The notes under the pieces: model-generated
Databases searched by the model: none
Told to the model about the DNA's origin: nothing
What the model saw: the letters and a program-made list of their open reading frames with translations, nothing else
Translations under genes and position numbers: made by a program
Part shown: piece by piece, positions 8,660-18,894 of the stretch
Layout of the letters: the number at the start of each line of letters is the position of its first letter
How positions within the stretch are numbered: position 1 is the stretch's first letter
NCBI GenBank assembly: GCA_018669975.1
Contig: JABHSK010000001.1
Coordinates: 152,394 to 216,393 of the forward strand
DNA: 64,000 bases
Direction: 5' to 3'
DNA from: Candidatus Parcubacteria bacterium
GTDB lineage: Bacteria > Patescibacteriota > Patescibacteriia > UBA1558 > GWA2-36-10

Positions 8660-8925
8660 GAAAAACCCCTATCGTAGATAGGGGTCAACCGACAATAAGG
8701 GAAGACGGGTAGTTTCGTGGAAACCATCCTTTATTGCGGCTTGTGCTGCTGGGGGCGCAGCGGGCAAAAATATGGGGGGAATCCCGGCTTAATACAGCCG
8801 TAGCATGAGTCTCGTCTTTTCACGCTATGTGGGATCCCCCCGGGCAACCTCGTAGAGGCCTTTTAAGAGGCGCGGCGGAAAGGCCGTTCTACGAGGTGTT
8901 GTTTTTTATAATGTGCAAATGCTAG
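8660..8925 (-). ncRNA. Candidate ~260-nt multi-junction structured RNA A
   Basis: TTGACA(8959-8954)-17-TACTAT promoter; GC-rich nested helices; terminator ACCCCTATC-TAC-GATAGGGGT-TTTT; no credible ORF. Confidence 0.5.
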
Positions 8926-8963
8926 AAAACATAGTACACCAAAAATAAAATCTTGTCAATAGC

Positions 8964-8994
8964 AAAAGCCCCACCTATAATGGTGGGGCTTTTT
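8964..8994. terminator. Intrinsic terminator downstream of aspS
   Basis: AAAAGCCCCACC-TATAAT-GGTGGGGCTTTT inverted repeat. Confidence 0.8.
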
Positions 8995-9006
8995 AAACAT
9001 ATTTCT

Positions 9007-10425
9007 TTATTTTTTCTTGATAGACAAACCTAGCTCATCTAGTTGTTCCTGATTAACCTCTGATGGAGAATCCATCATCGGATCACGACCGTCTGTAGTC
9101 AAAGGAAAAGCTGTCACTTCACGCAAATTCTTTTCTCCTTGCAAAATCATCATCAACCTATCTAGTCCTGGGGCAATACCGCCGTGTGGTGGTACTCCAT
9201 ATTTGAAAGCCTCAAAATAATGCTGAAATTGTTTTTTCTGTTCATCAGAAAATTCAATTAAATCCCAAACTTTTTCTTGAATCTTCATATCATGAATACG
9301 AATAGCTCCCCCGCCTACTTCAAAACCATTGAGAGCCAAATCATGTTGATATGCTCTAGCTTTACCCGGATCAGAATCTAATAAATGAACATCCTCTTCC
9401 TTAGGGGCAGTAAACATGTTATGACTCGGTGCCCAAGTGTCACCAGCACCATGAAATTTATCTTCTTCACTTTGTTCAACAAATAATGGAAAATTGATTA
9501 TCCAGGCAAAGGCTAATTCATTGGGATCATTTTTATCTTTGCGTAAATCAGGTTTATCACTGCCATATTTTTTTATAGCTTCATCGTGATCTATTCGTGG
9601 CCATGGTGTTTGGGTTATCTTCTTCTCTGGATACAATTCTTTAACTAACTCCGTAAACATTTGTTCGGTCAATTGTAAAATATCTTCTTGAGTCACAAAA
9701 GACATTTCCATGTCTAATTGATAAAACTCACCTGGACTTCTGTCAGCTCTGGCATCCTCATCACGAAAACATGGCGCTATCTGAAAATAGCGATCTAAAC
9801 CAGCAATCATCAAAAGCTGTTTGTATTGTTGTGGGGCTTGCGGTAAGGCAAAAAACTTACCGTTATGTAAGCGACTAGGCACTAGATAATCACGAGCACC
9901 CTCTGGAGTTGATTTGGAAAGTATCGGTGTTTGAACATCTACAAAATCCTGCTTGTGCAACCAATTACGCAAAAAGTTAATAACTTTATCTCTAGCTAAT
10001 ATATTATTTTTCATCCGCTCGTGACGTAAGTCCAAATACCTATATTTCATGCGCAGCTCCTCTTTGGCTTGGCGTTCTTCATTGTCTATTTCAAAGGGAG
10101 GAGTTTCAGCTTCGGATAAAACGGTAATTTTCTTAGCTAAAAGTTCAACTGTACCAGTTGCTAAATCTTTATTGATTTGTTTTGCACCACGTGCCTGCAC
10201 TACACCTTCTATGGCTAGCACAAACTCAGGTCTAATATCTTTAAGTATTTCATTGGAGGCTTCGTCCAACTCAGCTGGAACTGCCACCACTTGCAAAATT
10301 CCCCAACGATCTCTAACATCCAAAAAAGCAATTTTACCCATATTACGGCGGACATTTACCCAACCGCTAATCAAGACTGTTTTATCTACTTGATTGACTG
10401 TTTCTATAGTTTTTATACGTTTCAT
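9007..10425 (-). CDS. aspS: Aspartate--tRNA ligase (short form, without the GAD insertion)
   Basis: STPEGARDYLVPSR, QIAPCFRDED, PPHGGIAPGLDR motifs. Confidence 0.95.
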   Translation of the reverse strand: MKRIKTIETVNQVDKTVLISGWVNVRRNMGKIAFLDVRDRWGILQVVAVPAELDEASNEILKDIRPEFVLAIEGVVQARGAKQINKDLATGTVELLAKKITVLSEAETPPFEIDNEERQAKEELRMKYRYLDLRHERMKNNILARDKVINFLRNWLHKQDFVDVQTPILSKSTPEGARDYLVPSRLHNGKFFALPQAPQQYKQLLMIAGLDRYFQIAPCFRDEDARADRSPGEFYQLDMEMSFVTQEDILQLTEQMFTELVKELYPEKKITQTPWPRIDHDEAIKKYGSDKPDLRKDKNDPNELAFAWIINFPLFVEQSEEDKFHGAGDTWAPSHNMFTAPKEEDVHLLDSDPGKARAYQHDLALNGFEVGGGAIRIHDMKIQEKVWDLIEFSDEQKKQFQHYFEAFKYGVPPHGGIAPGLDRLMMILQGEKNLREVTAFPLTTDGRDPMMDSPSEVNQEQLDELGLSIKKK

Positions 10426-10470
10426 ATATTTGATTTAAATTCTAATAAATTAAGACTGTGCCGTTAAGAA

Positions 10471-10546
10471 TGGAGCCGACGGTCAGATTCGAACTGACGA
10501 CCTATTCTTTACGAAAGAATTGCTCTACCAGTTGAGCTACGTCGGC
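10471..10546 (-). tRNA. tRNA-Thr(CGT)
   Basis: Anticodon arm ATTCT-TTCGTAA-AGAAT; T-loop; CCA. Confidence 0.95.
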
Positions 10547-10552
10547 AAAGCA

Positions 10553-11839
10553 CTACGGCCTAATCCTATGTATGGTGCGTGGAAATGGGATAGTTTCCCT
10601 AACATGTTGCACGCCACATACCCAAGCAACAACTCTCTCCAGTCCAAAACCAAATCCTCCATGTGGTACTGATCCATACTTTCTTAAATCTAGATACCAA
10701 GCAAATTCATCCATTGGCAATTTATGCTCTTTAACACGTTTGACTAGCTCATCATAATCATCCTCACGTTGTGATCCACCGATTATTTCTCCATAGCCTT
10801 CTGGTGCTAATAGATCAGCACATTCTGCTTTACTACCGTTGGCATCACGTTTCATGTAAAAAGATTTTATTTCTGCTGGATAATGAGTGACAAAGATTGG
10901 ATTATCAAATTCTTGCGTAAGTTTTGTTTCATCTTCCGCCCCTAGATCATCATTGTCTTTTATCTTACTACCCATGCCCTGCAATTTTTTAACTGCTTCC
11001 GCATGAGTGATACGATAAAATGGTTTTGTGATGTTATCTAGAGGCTTTGTATCCCGTTCTAATATTTTTAGTTCTTCTTGATTATTATCTAAAGCTGCCT
11101 GAACCATAAAACGAATCAAGTCTTCTTGAGTGTCTAAGTTATCTTTAAGATCTATAAAAGCCATTTCAGCATCCATCATCCAAAACTCTGTCAGGTGACG
11201 GCGTGTTTTTGATTTTTCAGCTCTGAAGACTGGACCAAAATCAAAAACTCTACCATGAGCAGCAATGGCTGCCTCCAAATATAACTGCCCACTTTGTGAT
11301 AGATAAGCCTTAGTATCAAAATATTCTAGTTCAAACAATTCAGTTGTACCCTCACAGGCATTAGGAGTTAATATTGGCGAATCAATTTTAGTAAAAGCAT
11401 GCTCCTTCATATATTGATATGTAGCTTGGATCAAGGTATTACGAACCCGTTGCACAGCCCATTGTTTACTACTACGTAGCCACAGATGCCGGTTATCCAT
11501 CAAAAAATCCACTCCATGCTCTTTCTTGCCGATCGGATAATCCTCTGCTATTTGATAAAATTCAAAATTAGCTACTTGAATTTCATATTCATCTTTTTTA
11601 GGATGTTTGGCTACCTTGCCACTTATCTTAACTGAAGTTTCTAGAGTAACTTTAGCAGCCTCATCCCACTGTTTATTATCCAAATCAGCCTGCGCTAAAA
11701 TAGCCTGAGTAAATCCAGTGCCGTCTCGAAGTTGCCAAAAAGCGATTTTACCTGAAGAACGATGATTAGATACCCAAGCATTGATCTCCACCTCTTTATC
11801 CACAAAATTGGCTAAATCCTTTATAAAAACTTTTTCCAT
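10553..11839 (-). CDS. asnS: Asparagine--tRNA ligase
   Basis: YLSQSGQLYLE, FRAEKSKTRRHLTEFWM, GEIIGGSQRE motifs. Confidence 0.95.
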   Translation of the reverse strand: MEKVFIKDLANFVDKEVEINAWVSNHRSSGKIAFWQLRDGTGFTQAILAQADLDNKQWDEAAKVTLETSVKISGKVAKHPKKDEYEIQVANFEFYQIAEDYPIGKKEHGVDFLMDNRHLWLRSSKQWAVQRVRNTLIQATYQYMKEHAFTKIDSPILTPNACEGTTELFELEYFDTKAYLSQSGQLYLEAAIAAHGRVFDFGPVFRAEKSKTRRHLTEFWMMDAEMAFIDLKDNLDTQEDLIRFMVQAALDNNQEELKILERDTKPLDNITKPFYRITHAEAVKKLQGMGSKIKDNDDLGAEDETKLTQEFDNPIFVTHYPAEIKSFYMKRDANGSKAECADLLAPEGYGEIIGGSQREDDYDELVKRVKEHKLPMDEFAWYLDLRKYGSVPHGGFGFGLERVVAWVCGVQHVRETIPFPRTIHRIRP

Positions 11840-11982
11840 AAATAAAAAAATAATATCTGTTTATCAGCTTAAATAATACCTAAAAATTAGTTATTTTACA
11901 AGCACAATTGACTAATATGTTATAAGCTGTTTTAATATGTCAATCTATTCGTTATTTATAAACACAAACAAGGAGGATACTC

Positions 11983-12501
11983 ATGCGAATTATGCCAAAT
12001 CACGTCGAATCATCTATTCAGAGGCTACAAGAAGACAATGTCAGAATCTACCTGTGGCAAATGCTCCGCACGTATAGTGACAATACCTTCCAAGATCGTG
12101 TAGATCTACTAATATTCCAAAAGAAGCCAGGATTCTTTCAAAGGGTCCACAAAATGTCCCACCTAGAATACGCTACTTTTATGATGTCACATGCTAGAGA
12201 TATTATACTCTTGGCTGAAACCCAGATACGTGCCATATACGCTGTGCTAGCGCCAATTTATTTCGCCATGGGCTCTGAGTTGCCCCAGGTCACAGGCGAA
12301 GACATCGACGCCATCTTAGAACATCTACCGCCTGATGATTTTCTGGATTTCTTTGAGCAGTTCGCCGAATATGATACAGGCTGGTTTACTACTATCGCAG
12401 CCGTAACAGACTTGGTTGATCGCCAACCAGCCAAGGCAGCTGTCTGGGCTATCTGTAAAACTTTTATGGATAAATTGCCTGAGCCGATAGAAAAAGGCTA
12501 A
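11983..12501 (+). CDS. Hypothetical protein (accessory cassette)
   Basis: AAGGAGG SD, own promoter, and hairpin terminator at ~12506-12533. Confidence 0.75.
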   Translation: MRIMPNHVESSIQRLQEDNVRIYLWQMLRTYSDNTFQDRVDLLIFQKKPGFFQRVHKMSHLEYATFMMSHARDIILLAETQIRAIYAVLAPIYFAMGSELPQVTGEDIDAILEHLPPDDFLDFFEQFAEYDTGWFTTIAAVTDLVDRQPAKAAVWAICKTFMDKLPEPIEKG

Positions 12502-12552
12502 CTTATTCCCGATTGAAAACAATCGGGATTTTTATTTAAATAAAAAATCAGC

Positions 12553-12963
12553 TTATTCAGCTGACTTTTCACGTTCCTCTTCATATGATTCTTGGTCTCC
12601 GTATTCTAGGAAATCCTGATGGTATTTTGGCTCTATAAATTCTTTATCTGACTTATGTTTAATACCACACCAGTACTTCTCTGTTGCAGCACCAATAGCA
12701 GAGGTGTAATTCAATACTCCGTTAGCATAGCCGCAATAAATACAATTCAGTTTTTGCTTGATATCTAGATATTCTAATTTATGACGATCTATTTTGATAT
12801 ATTTTGACCTATCCACTTTTTTTATCCCATAAACTGGAAAACAAAAACTGTGATAGAGTTCAAAAAATAAATCTATAATTAATATTGGCCCTAGTAAAGC
12901 CCAGATAAATGGAATAGTTAATAAGTGCTTAAATTCCCTTTCTGGATGTTTAAAATAATCCAT
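12553..12963 (-). CDS. Conserved hypothetical membrane protein (Cys/His-rich)
   Basis: TM helix plus NCIYCGYANG and KYWCGIKH motifs. Confidence 0.75.
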   Translation of the reverse strand: MDYFKHPEREFKHLLTIPFIWALLGPILIIDLFFELYHSFCFPVYGIKKVDRSKYIKIDRHKLEYLDIKQKLNCIYCGYANGVLNYTSAIGAATEKYWCGIKHKSDKEFIEPKYHQDFLEYGDQESYEEEREKSAE

Positions 12964-12989
12964 GAGTATTTTTATTTTTATTTAAAATG

Positions 12990-15900
12990 TTATTTCTGAA
13001 TTTGTTTGTTGATACGCTTACCTTCAAATTTTACAAATATCATCGGAATGACAAATAATTGTAAAATGGTAGCGAACAATAAACCAAAAATAATAGATAT
13101 AGATAGGCCTACCCAAAACTCATTTGCGATAGCCAGCGGTATAACTCCCATTATAGTAGTAATGGATGTTAGTAAAATTGGTTGTAAACGAGTATCTCCA
13201 GCATCAGCGATAGCTTCTACGGCCTGCATTTTCTTTTCCTCAATATTACGCTTGGTTTTATCAACCAGCACAATGGCATCATTGACCACAATTCCAGATA
13301 AAGATATCAAACCTAGGAAAACTGGAAAACTAAACGGCAGTCTAAATATCAACATGCCGATAACTACACCGATAAGCATCAATGGCAAAGTCATCAACAC
13401 GGTAATCGGTCTAAGGAATGAATCAAACTGTAATACTAGGATAATTAATATCAAGAGTACTGCTACAATCATGGCACTCCACAATTCAGAAAAAGATTGT
13501 TCTATGTCCTCTACCTCGCCGCCAAAATTTACTTGGTAGCCGGCTGGTATATTATATTCGGTGGCTAATTTTTCTTCCGCTTGAGCTACAACTGCTGCAG
13601 CTGTAAAGCCAGGTTCTAAATCAGAGCTAACTGAGATAGTTCGCTCAAAATCACGATGCCTGATGGATGCTAAAGCTGGCTCTAATGAAAAGTCAGCTAG
13701 AGAAGAAAGCTTAACTGTTTGACCAGAATTGTTAATAATGGATAGGTTTTTAATCTCCTCTACTGAAGAAATTTTATCTTTATCCAATCTAACTACTACA
13801 TCTATATCATCACCGTCAATTGAAACTTCAGTGGCTGTGACGCCAAAGATAGCTGTTCTAAGCATACTGGATACATCGCCTATGGTCAATCTTGACCTAG
13901 CAATAGCTTCTTTATCTAATTTAAAAGTTAAATCAGCAGGAGATATATCCTGGTTACTATCTATATTTATAGGTCCATCAAGGCTGATTAATACCTCCTT
14001 AATTTGATTGGCTACTTGATCTAAAATCATTAGATCATCTCCAGTAATACGAGCCTCAACTGGCGCACCGGTTGGTGGACCACTTGTTAGTTCTTTAATA
14101 ATGATATCACCAGCGTTAATAACCTTTATTTGCTCTCGTATATCTTCGACTACATCGAAGCTCTTCTTCTCACGATTATCTGAATCTTTGAGGTTAACAC
14201 TAATACTAGCTACATGTTCATTGCTACTGCCTGGATCAAAACTGCCAATACTAGAAGATTGTCCAATGGTAGTAACAAAGTTTTTTATATTTGGATTTTG
14301 ATAAAGTTGATCCTCTACTTGAGCAACCACCTTTTCAGTCTCTTGAAGCTCTGTACCAATAGGCATCTTGATGTCTACATAAGTAAAATCAACATCAATT
14401 TTAGGAAATAATTCAACTGGTACAATACCTCCAATTAATAATCCTAGTGAGGCAAAGAATAATATAACTAAAGAAATTACTAGTTTAACTTTTTGTTTAC
14501 GGCTCTTAAGAAAATCTACAATGACTGATCTGTATTTCTTTCTTAATCTAGTAGTCAAATAACGTTCCAAAATACTTTCTTTTTTGCTTTTAGCAAACTG
14601 ACTCTTTTTCAAGAACATACCAGCAAAAGACGGCACCAATACCAAAGACACAAATAAAGATGATATCAATACTATAGCAATAGTAATTGGAAAAATCTTG
14701 AGATACTCGCCCAAGATGCCGCTAACCAAAAGCATTGGGAAAAATGCAGCCACAGTAGTCAACATACCAGCTGTTAGTGGTTTGCTATAGTTAGCCACTG
14801 ATAACAGCGCTGCTTTAACAGAAGGATAACCATCTTCACGTATATTGTGAAAAATACCTTCTAGTATAATTATAAATGAATCAACCAATAGGCCCAGCGA
14901 CAATACCAAGGCATAAAGGGTCATACTGTTTAATGTGTATCCTGAATAATATAAAACTATAAATGAAATCAAGAATGTAACTGGAATGGCAAATAAAGCT
15001 AAAATAGCTTCTCTAAAACTCAAAGCAACAAACATAATCATGAAAATCAGTATTGTAGCTTGCAAACCACTCCTACCTAGTGTATCTAAATCTTCACGAA
15101 TAAAACTAGAGTAGTCATTATTAACCTCAACTTTAACTGCTGCTGGAATTATTTTATCTTCCTGTAGTTGCGCTACCTTAACTTTGGCAGCATCTACCAT
15201 ATCTAAAATATTACCACCAGTTTTTTTGAAAATCTGCAAAGAAACAGTATTTTGTGCTGGTTGTCCATCTATAGAAATTCTAGAAACAATATTTTGTTCT
15301 GTGAATTGTTCTTTAATTTCAGCAACGTCTTTTAATAAAATCGGTCGCCCCTCATTCTCACCAACTACCACACCTTTAAGATCTTCGATAGATTCAAACT
15401 TAGCTACCGTACGAATATTATAATGAATATTATCAACCGTAATATCACCCAAAGGCATATCCATATTAGCTATAGAGATAGCACCAACTATTTGATTAAT
15501 TGATAATCCCAGTCTAGCTAAAGATGTTTTATTTATAATTACAGAAAATTCTTTATCTCTAACGCCTAATAAAGGCACCTTGGAGACTCCTGAGATTCCC
15601 TCTAGCTCATCCTGTACTATTTCTCCCAGTTGCTTAAGCTGATTTTCGGTTAAATCTCCAGCTAGAGAAAAAGTGATAACTGGAAAGTCATTGGCACGAA
15701 TCTGAATAACACTTGGATCTTCAGCATCATCAGGTAATCCAGACACATAACCAACTTTTTCTTTTAAGTCAGTAATACTGTCGTCTAGATTAGCCTCTGC
15801 TTCAAACTCTACAGTAATAGATGACAAGCTGGTACGCGAATTTGATGTTACACGTTTAACATTATCCAATTCTTCAATTTTACTTTCTAGTTCATCAGTA

Positions 15901-16148
15901 ATTAAGTTTTCTACATCTGAAGGACTAGCACCTGGATAAAAAGTGGTAACTACGGCAATGGGGATTTTTACTTCTGGGTCTGATTCACGGTCTATATTAC
16001 CAACCGCAAAACCACCCATGATAAAAATAGTAATAATAGCTAGAATTACTACTCGACAATGAGTAATAAAATAACCAAAGATATTGCCGCGAGTTTTGGC
16101 AATAGCTTTTTCGGCAAATATATTTTTGATCTCTTTTTGATCTTGCAT
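12990..16148 (-). CDS. RND efflux permease (AcrB family)
   Basis: 1052 aa; GLLVD, GIVVNDAIV, RLQPILLTS motifs; 12-TM layout. Confidence 0.95.
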   Translation of the reverse strand: MQDQKEIKNIFAEKAIAKTRGNIFGYFITHCRVVILAIITIFIMGGFAVGNIDRESDPEVKIPIAVVTTFYPGASPSDVENLITDELESKIEELDNVKRVTSNSRTSLSSITVEFEAEANLDDSITDLKEKVGYVSGLPDDAEDPSVIQIRANDFPVITFSLAGDLTENQLKQLGEIVQDELEGISGVSKVPLLGVRDKEFSVIINKTSLARLGLSINQIVGAISIANMDMPLGDITVDNIHYNIRTVAKFESIEDLKGVVVGENEGRPILLKDVAEIKEQFTEQNIVSRISIDGQPAQNTVSLQIFKKTGGNILDMVDAAKVKVAQLQEDKIIPAAVKVEVNNDYSSFIREDLDTLGRSGLQATILIFMIMFVALSFREAILALFAIPVTFLISFIVLYYSGYTLNSMTLYALVLSLGLLVDSFIIILEGIFHNIREDGYPSVKAALLSVANYSKPLTAGMLTTVAAFFPMLLVSGILGEYLKIFPITIAIVLISSLFVSLVLVPSFAGMFLKKSQFAKSKKESILERYLTTRLRKKYRSVIVDFLKSRKQKVKLVISLVILFFASLGLLIGGIVPVELFPKIDVDFTYVDIKMPIGTELQETEKVVAQVEDQLYQNPNIKNFVTTIGQSSSIGSFDPGSSNEHVASISVNLKDSDNREKKSFDVVEDIREQIKVINAGDIIIKELTSGPPTGAPVEARITGDDLMILDQVANQIKEVLISLDGPINIDSNQDISPADLTFKLDKEAIARSRLTIGDVSSMLRTAIFGVTATEVSIDGDDIDVVVRLDKDKISSVEEIKNLSIINNSGQTVKLSSLADFSLEPALASIRHRDFERTISVSSDLEPGFTAAAVVAQAEEKLATEYNIPAGYQVNFGGEVEDIEQSFSELWSAMIVAVLLILIILVLQFDSFLRPITVLMTLPLMLIGVVIGMLIFRLPFSFPVFLGLISLSGIVVNDAIVLVDKTKRNIEEKKMQAVEAIADAGDTRLQPILLTSITTIMGVIPLAIANEFWVGLSISIIFGLLFATILQLFVIPMIFVKFEGKRINKQIQK

Positions 16149-16150
16149 AA

Positions 16151-17773
16151 TTATTTATTGACAATATCTATTTCATCGCCAACAGAAACAAAAACTCCGT
16201 TTAGTAATACCAGTTGATCACCTTCTGCTAAACCACCGGCTACTGATACTTTATCACCAAAAACTTGTCCTAGAGTAACAGATTTTCTAAAAATTTTTCC
16301 TTCTTCTGCAATAAAAACGTATGAACCTGAAGCTTCGATAGTAACGGATTTAATTGGAATAACTATTGTATCGATATCCTTATATATTAAATTAAATTTA
16401 ATATCAGCAATATCACCAGCCACTAAATCTGCTTCTGCTTCGCTACTCTGTACAGTCACAGAAACTTTGCCACTATTTAAATCACCAGTCGGCTCAATTT
16501 CTACCACGATACCCCTGTATTGATCATTGATTAAAACCTCATCGTTTAAAGTAAGTGCTTTGGCAAAATCAACATCTACATCAACTATCATTTCTACAAT
16601 AGATAAATCTCCCAACTCAATTAATTGCTGTCCAACACCTGCCTGTTCTCCAGGATTAGCATAGTGTGACATGATAGTACCAGAAAATGGAGCAGCTAAA
16701 GTCAGGTTATTATAATTATAAGCAGCGCCATCAAACTGGGTTTGAGACATACTTTTTTCTAGAGCAGCGCCATCTTTGGCATTCTGCAAACTAATTTCAG
16801 CATTATTATATTCAATCTGTGATAAATTCAATTGACTCTGAGCTTGATTTATAGACAATCGATTAGTAATTTCCGTATTACTAATACTATTAATAGTAGC
16901 AATAACGCTAGTAACGTGTTGATTAATCTGTGTCTGATAATTAGCCACACTCAATTGTGCACTAGCTATATCAGCAACACTATATACATTTCCATTGGGA
17001 ATAGCGTTTTGCAAAAGTACAGCTGTATTATCCAGGGCATTTTTGCCAGACAATAAAACTGTTTGTATTTCATTAAAATAAATATCTAGATTTTCTCTAG
17101 GAGCTGCAACTGATAAATCAGAAAAATCATAAACTGCCTGATCTAACAAAAAACCAGTGTCAGTCCGCAGTTGCTCTTCAGCTGTTAAAATATTTCTATA
17201 CTTAAAACGTGGATTATCATCATTTCCTTCATTCAAGAAAATCAAGGCTTGATTTAGAGAGTTGTAAGCTGAACTATAAGCTACCATAGCTGAATCCTCA
17301 GCGGTACGTAAGGCCTGCTCAGTCTGAGCAATAGTGTTGTCATATTGACTTTGGGCTAGATCTAATCTGGCCTTTGAACTATTTAGACCCAGTTCGGCTT
17401 GCTGAATTCTCTGCCCAGTAACAATGTTTGTTTGATCCAAACTTTGTCGAGCATTAAAAAAACCGCTCTCAATCCCCTCATCTCTTATAGAGAAAAGCGG
17501 TTGACCAACGACTATTTGCGAACCTACTGGTGCTAAATATTCAATTGTACCAGGAGTAAGACTTCTAACCACACTATATTGTTTTGGCGTTACAGTACCG
17601 CTGGCTGACAAAGAAGAACTTACCTCACCTTGTTTGGTGATATATTGAACTTCTACCTGCTTTTTAATTACAGGCTCTTCAGCTTCTTCAACCTTATTAC
17701 CACATCCAGTTAAAGTGAATGCAGCAATTACCAATGCGGACAACAAAAGTGTTCCTTTAATACTTCTACTCAT
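16151..17773 (-). CDS. RND periplasmic adaptor (membrane fusion protein), lipoprotein
   Basis: LTGC lipobox, long coiled coil, APFSG hinge; operonic with the RND permease. Confidence 0.88.
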   Translation of the reverse strand: MSRSIKGTLLLSALVIAAFTLTGCGNKVEEAEEPVIKKQVEVQYITKQGEVSSSLSASGTVTPKQYSVVRSLTPGTIEYLAPVGSQIVVGQPLFSIRDEGIESGFFNARQSLDQTNIVTGQRIQQAELGLNSSKARLDLAQSQYDNTIAQTEQALRTAEDSAMVAYSSAYNSLNQALIFLNEGNDDNPRFKYRNILTAEEQLRTDTGFLLDQAVYDFSDLSVAAPRENLDIYFNEIQTVLLSGKNALDNTAVLLQNAIPNGNVYSVADIASAQLSVANYQTQINQHVTSVIATINSISNTEITNRLSINQAQSQLNLSQIEYNNAEISLQNAKDGAALEKSMSQTQFDGAAYNYNNLTLAAPFSGTIMSHYANPGEQAGVGQQLIELGDLSIVEMIVDVDVDFAKALTLNDEVLINDQYRGIVVEIEPTGDLNSGKVSVTVQSSEAEADLVAGDIADIKFNLIYKDIDTIVIPIKSVTIEASGSYVFIAEEGKIFRKSVTLGQVFGDKVSVAGGLAEGDQLVLLNGVFVSVGDEIDIVNK

Positions 17774-17906
17774 ATTCTACTCAATTATTGAATTATCAAG
17801 TCCACGAAAATTAACATAATAGGGCTCTTTTGTCAATATTAATTAAAACAAGATTTTTTTATCTACAAAAAAATAAAACGCTTGACATATCTTTTGAGTA
17901 TGTTAG

Positions 17907-17927
17907 TATGTGTATATAAGACACTAA
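17907..17927. promoter_or_regulatory. NrtR operator overlapping the nrtR promoter
   Basis: TATGTGT-ATATAAG-ACACTAA fits the GT-N7-AC NrtR consensus; TTGACA at 17882. Confidence 0.7.
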
Positions 17928-17935
17928 CATAATTT

Positions 17936-18619
17936 ATGTCCAACCCAACAGTACAAGCGGAACACGCTAAACAAAATATCAAACTAGCTGTTGATAATTG
18001 TATTTTTACTGTCAAAGACGGCAAGCTTTTTATTTTACTAATCAAAATGAAGTCTAAGCTCCAGGGGATGTGGGCCTTACCAGGTGGCTTAATTAAAGAT
18101 ACCGAAACAATTGGTGCAGCTGCTCAACGCATTCTTAAACAAGAAACTGGTCTATCAGACAACTATCTCGAACAACTCTATACTTTTAGTCAGCCAAATC
18201 GTGATCCTTTTGCTAGGGTTATTTCTACTGCCTATTTTGCTCTAATTCCTGACGCAAACATTGAACTTAAACCAAGTCCAAAATATGATGATGTTCGTTG
18301 GTATCCTGTTAAAAAACTACCGGAATTGGCCTATGATCATAATCATATCGTTAAATATGCAAAACAAAGATTAGAGTGGAAAATCAGCTACACCAACGCT
18401 GCATGGTCTTTATTACCAGAAAAATTTACTTTGACTGAACTACAAAAAGTATATGAAGCAATATTGAATAAAAAACTGGATAAACGCAATTTTCGTAAGA
18501 AAATAGACAAAGTTGGTCTACTTAAGGAAACTAAACAAACCAAATTAGAAGGTGCACATAGACCAGCTAAATTATATGAATTTTCCAGCAAAAAGAAGAA
18601 AATAGTAGAAATTATCTAA
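17936..18619 (+). CDS. nrtR: NrtR: NUDIX plus winged-HTH transcriptional regulator
   Basis: WALPGG, LEQLYTFS..RDP..RVISTAY, LAYDH, FTLTELQKVYE..L...LDKRNFRKK, HRPAKLY motifs. Confidence 0.93.
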   Translation: MSNPTVQAEHAKQNIKLAVDNCIFTVKDGKLFILLIKMKSKLQGMWALPGGLIKDTETIGAAAQRILKQETGLSDNYLEQLYTFSQPNRDPFARVISTAYFALIPDANIELKPSPKYDDVRWYPVKKLPELAYDHNHIVKYAKQRLEWKISYTNAAWSLLPEKFTLTELQKVYEAILNKKLDKRNFRKKIDKVGLLKETKQTKLEGAHRPAKLYEFSSKKKKIVEII

Positions 18620-18653
18620 TTTTACTCCTTTTCTTATATTTTTTTGTTCTTAT

Positions 18654-18674
18654 TTAGTGTACTTTTCACACTAA
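18654..18674. promoter_or_regulatory. NrtR operator upstream of the NAD/TerY-P operon
   Basis: Perfect palindrome TTAGTGT-ACTTTTC-ACACTAA, 20 bp upstream of TTGACA (18695). Confidence 0.85.
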
Positions 18675-18894
18675 TAAGTAAATATACCTAAGACTTGACA
18701 AAATTACCAAAATATGATAAAAAGAACCGTTTATTTTGTAAATAATTTCAGCTTTAATCCCCTTTCCAAAGGGCGAGCCGTTTGTTGCCTAAAAAATGGA
18801 AATTAAATTAGTTTCTATGCTTTAGGTAGCAAAACCTATATGTTCGTTAACAATTTGGTTTTGAAAAACACTCAACAATGAGAAAGGAGGAGAA

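Noticed and set aside
8448-8727. Three short ORFs in the scpA-aspS interval
   Set aside because: They cross terminators and promoters, overlap each other and lack protein-like features. RNA structure explains the region better.
8660-8925. Identification as tmRNA, RNase P, SRP, 6S, T-box or hammerhead
   Set aside because: I could not find their hallmark motifs: tRNA-like ends, the RNase P P4 GAGGAAAGUCC, the SRP GNRA domain with AGCAG, the T-box sequence, or the CUGAUGA core.
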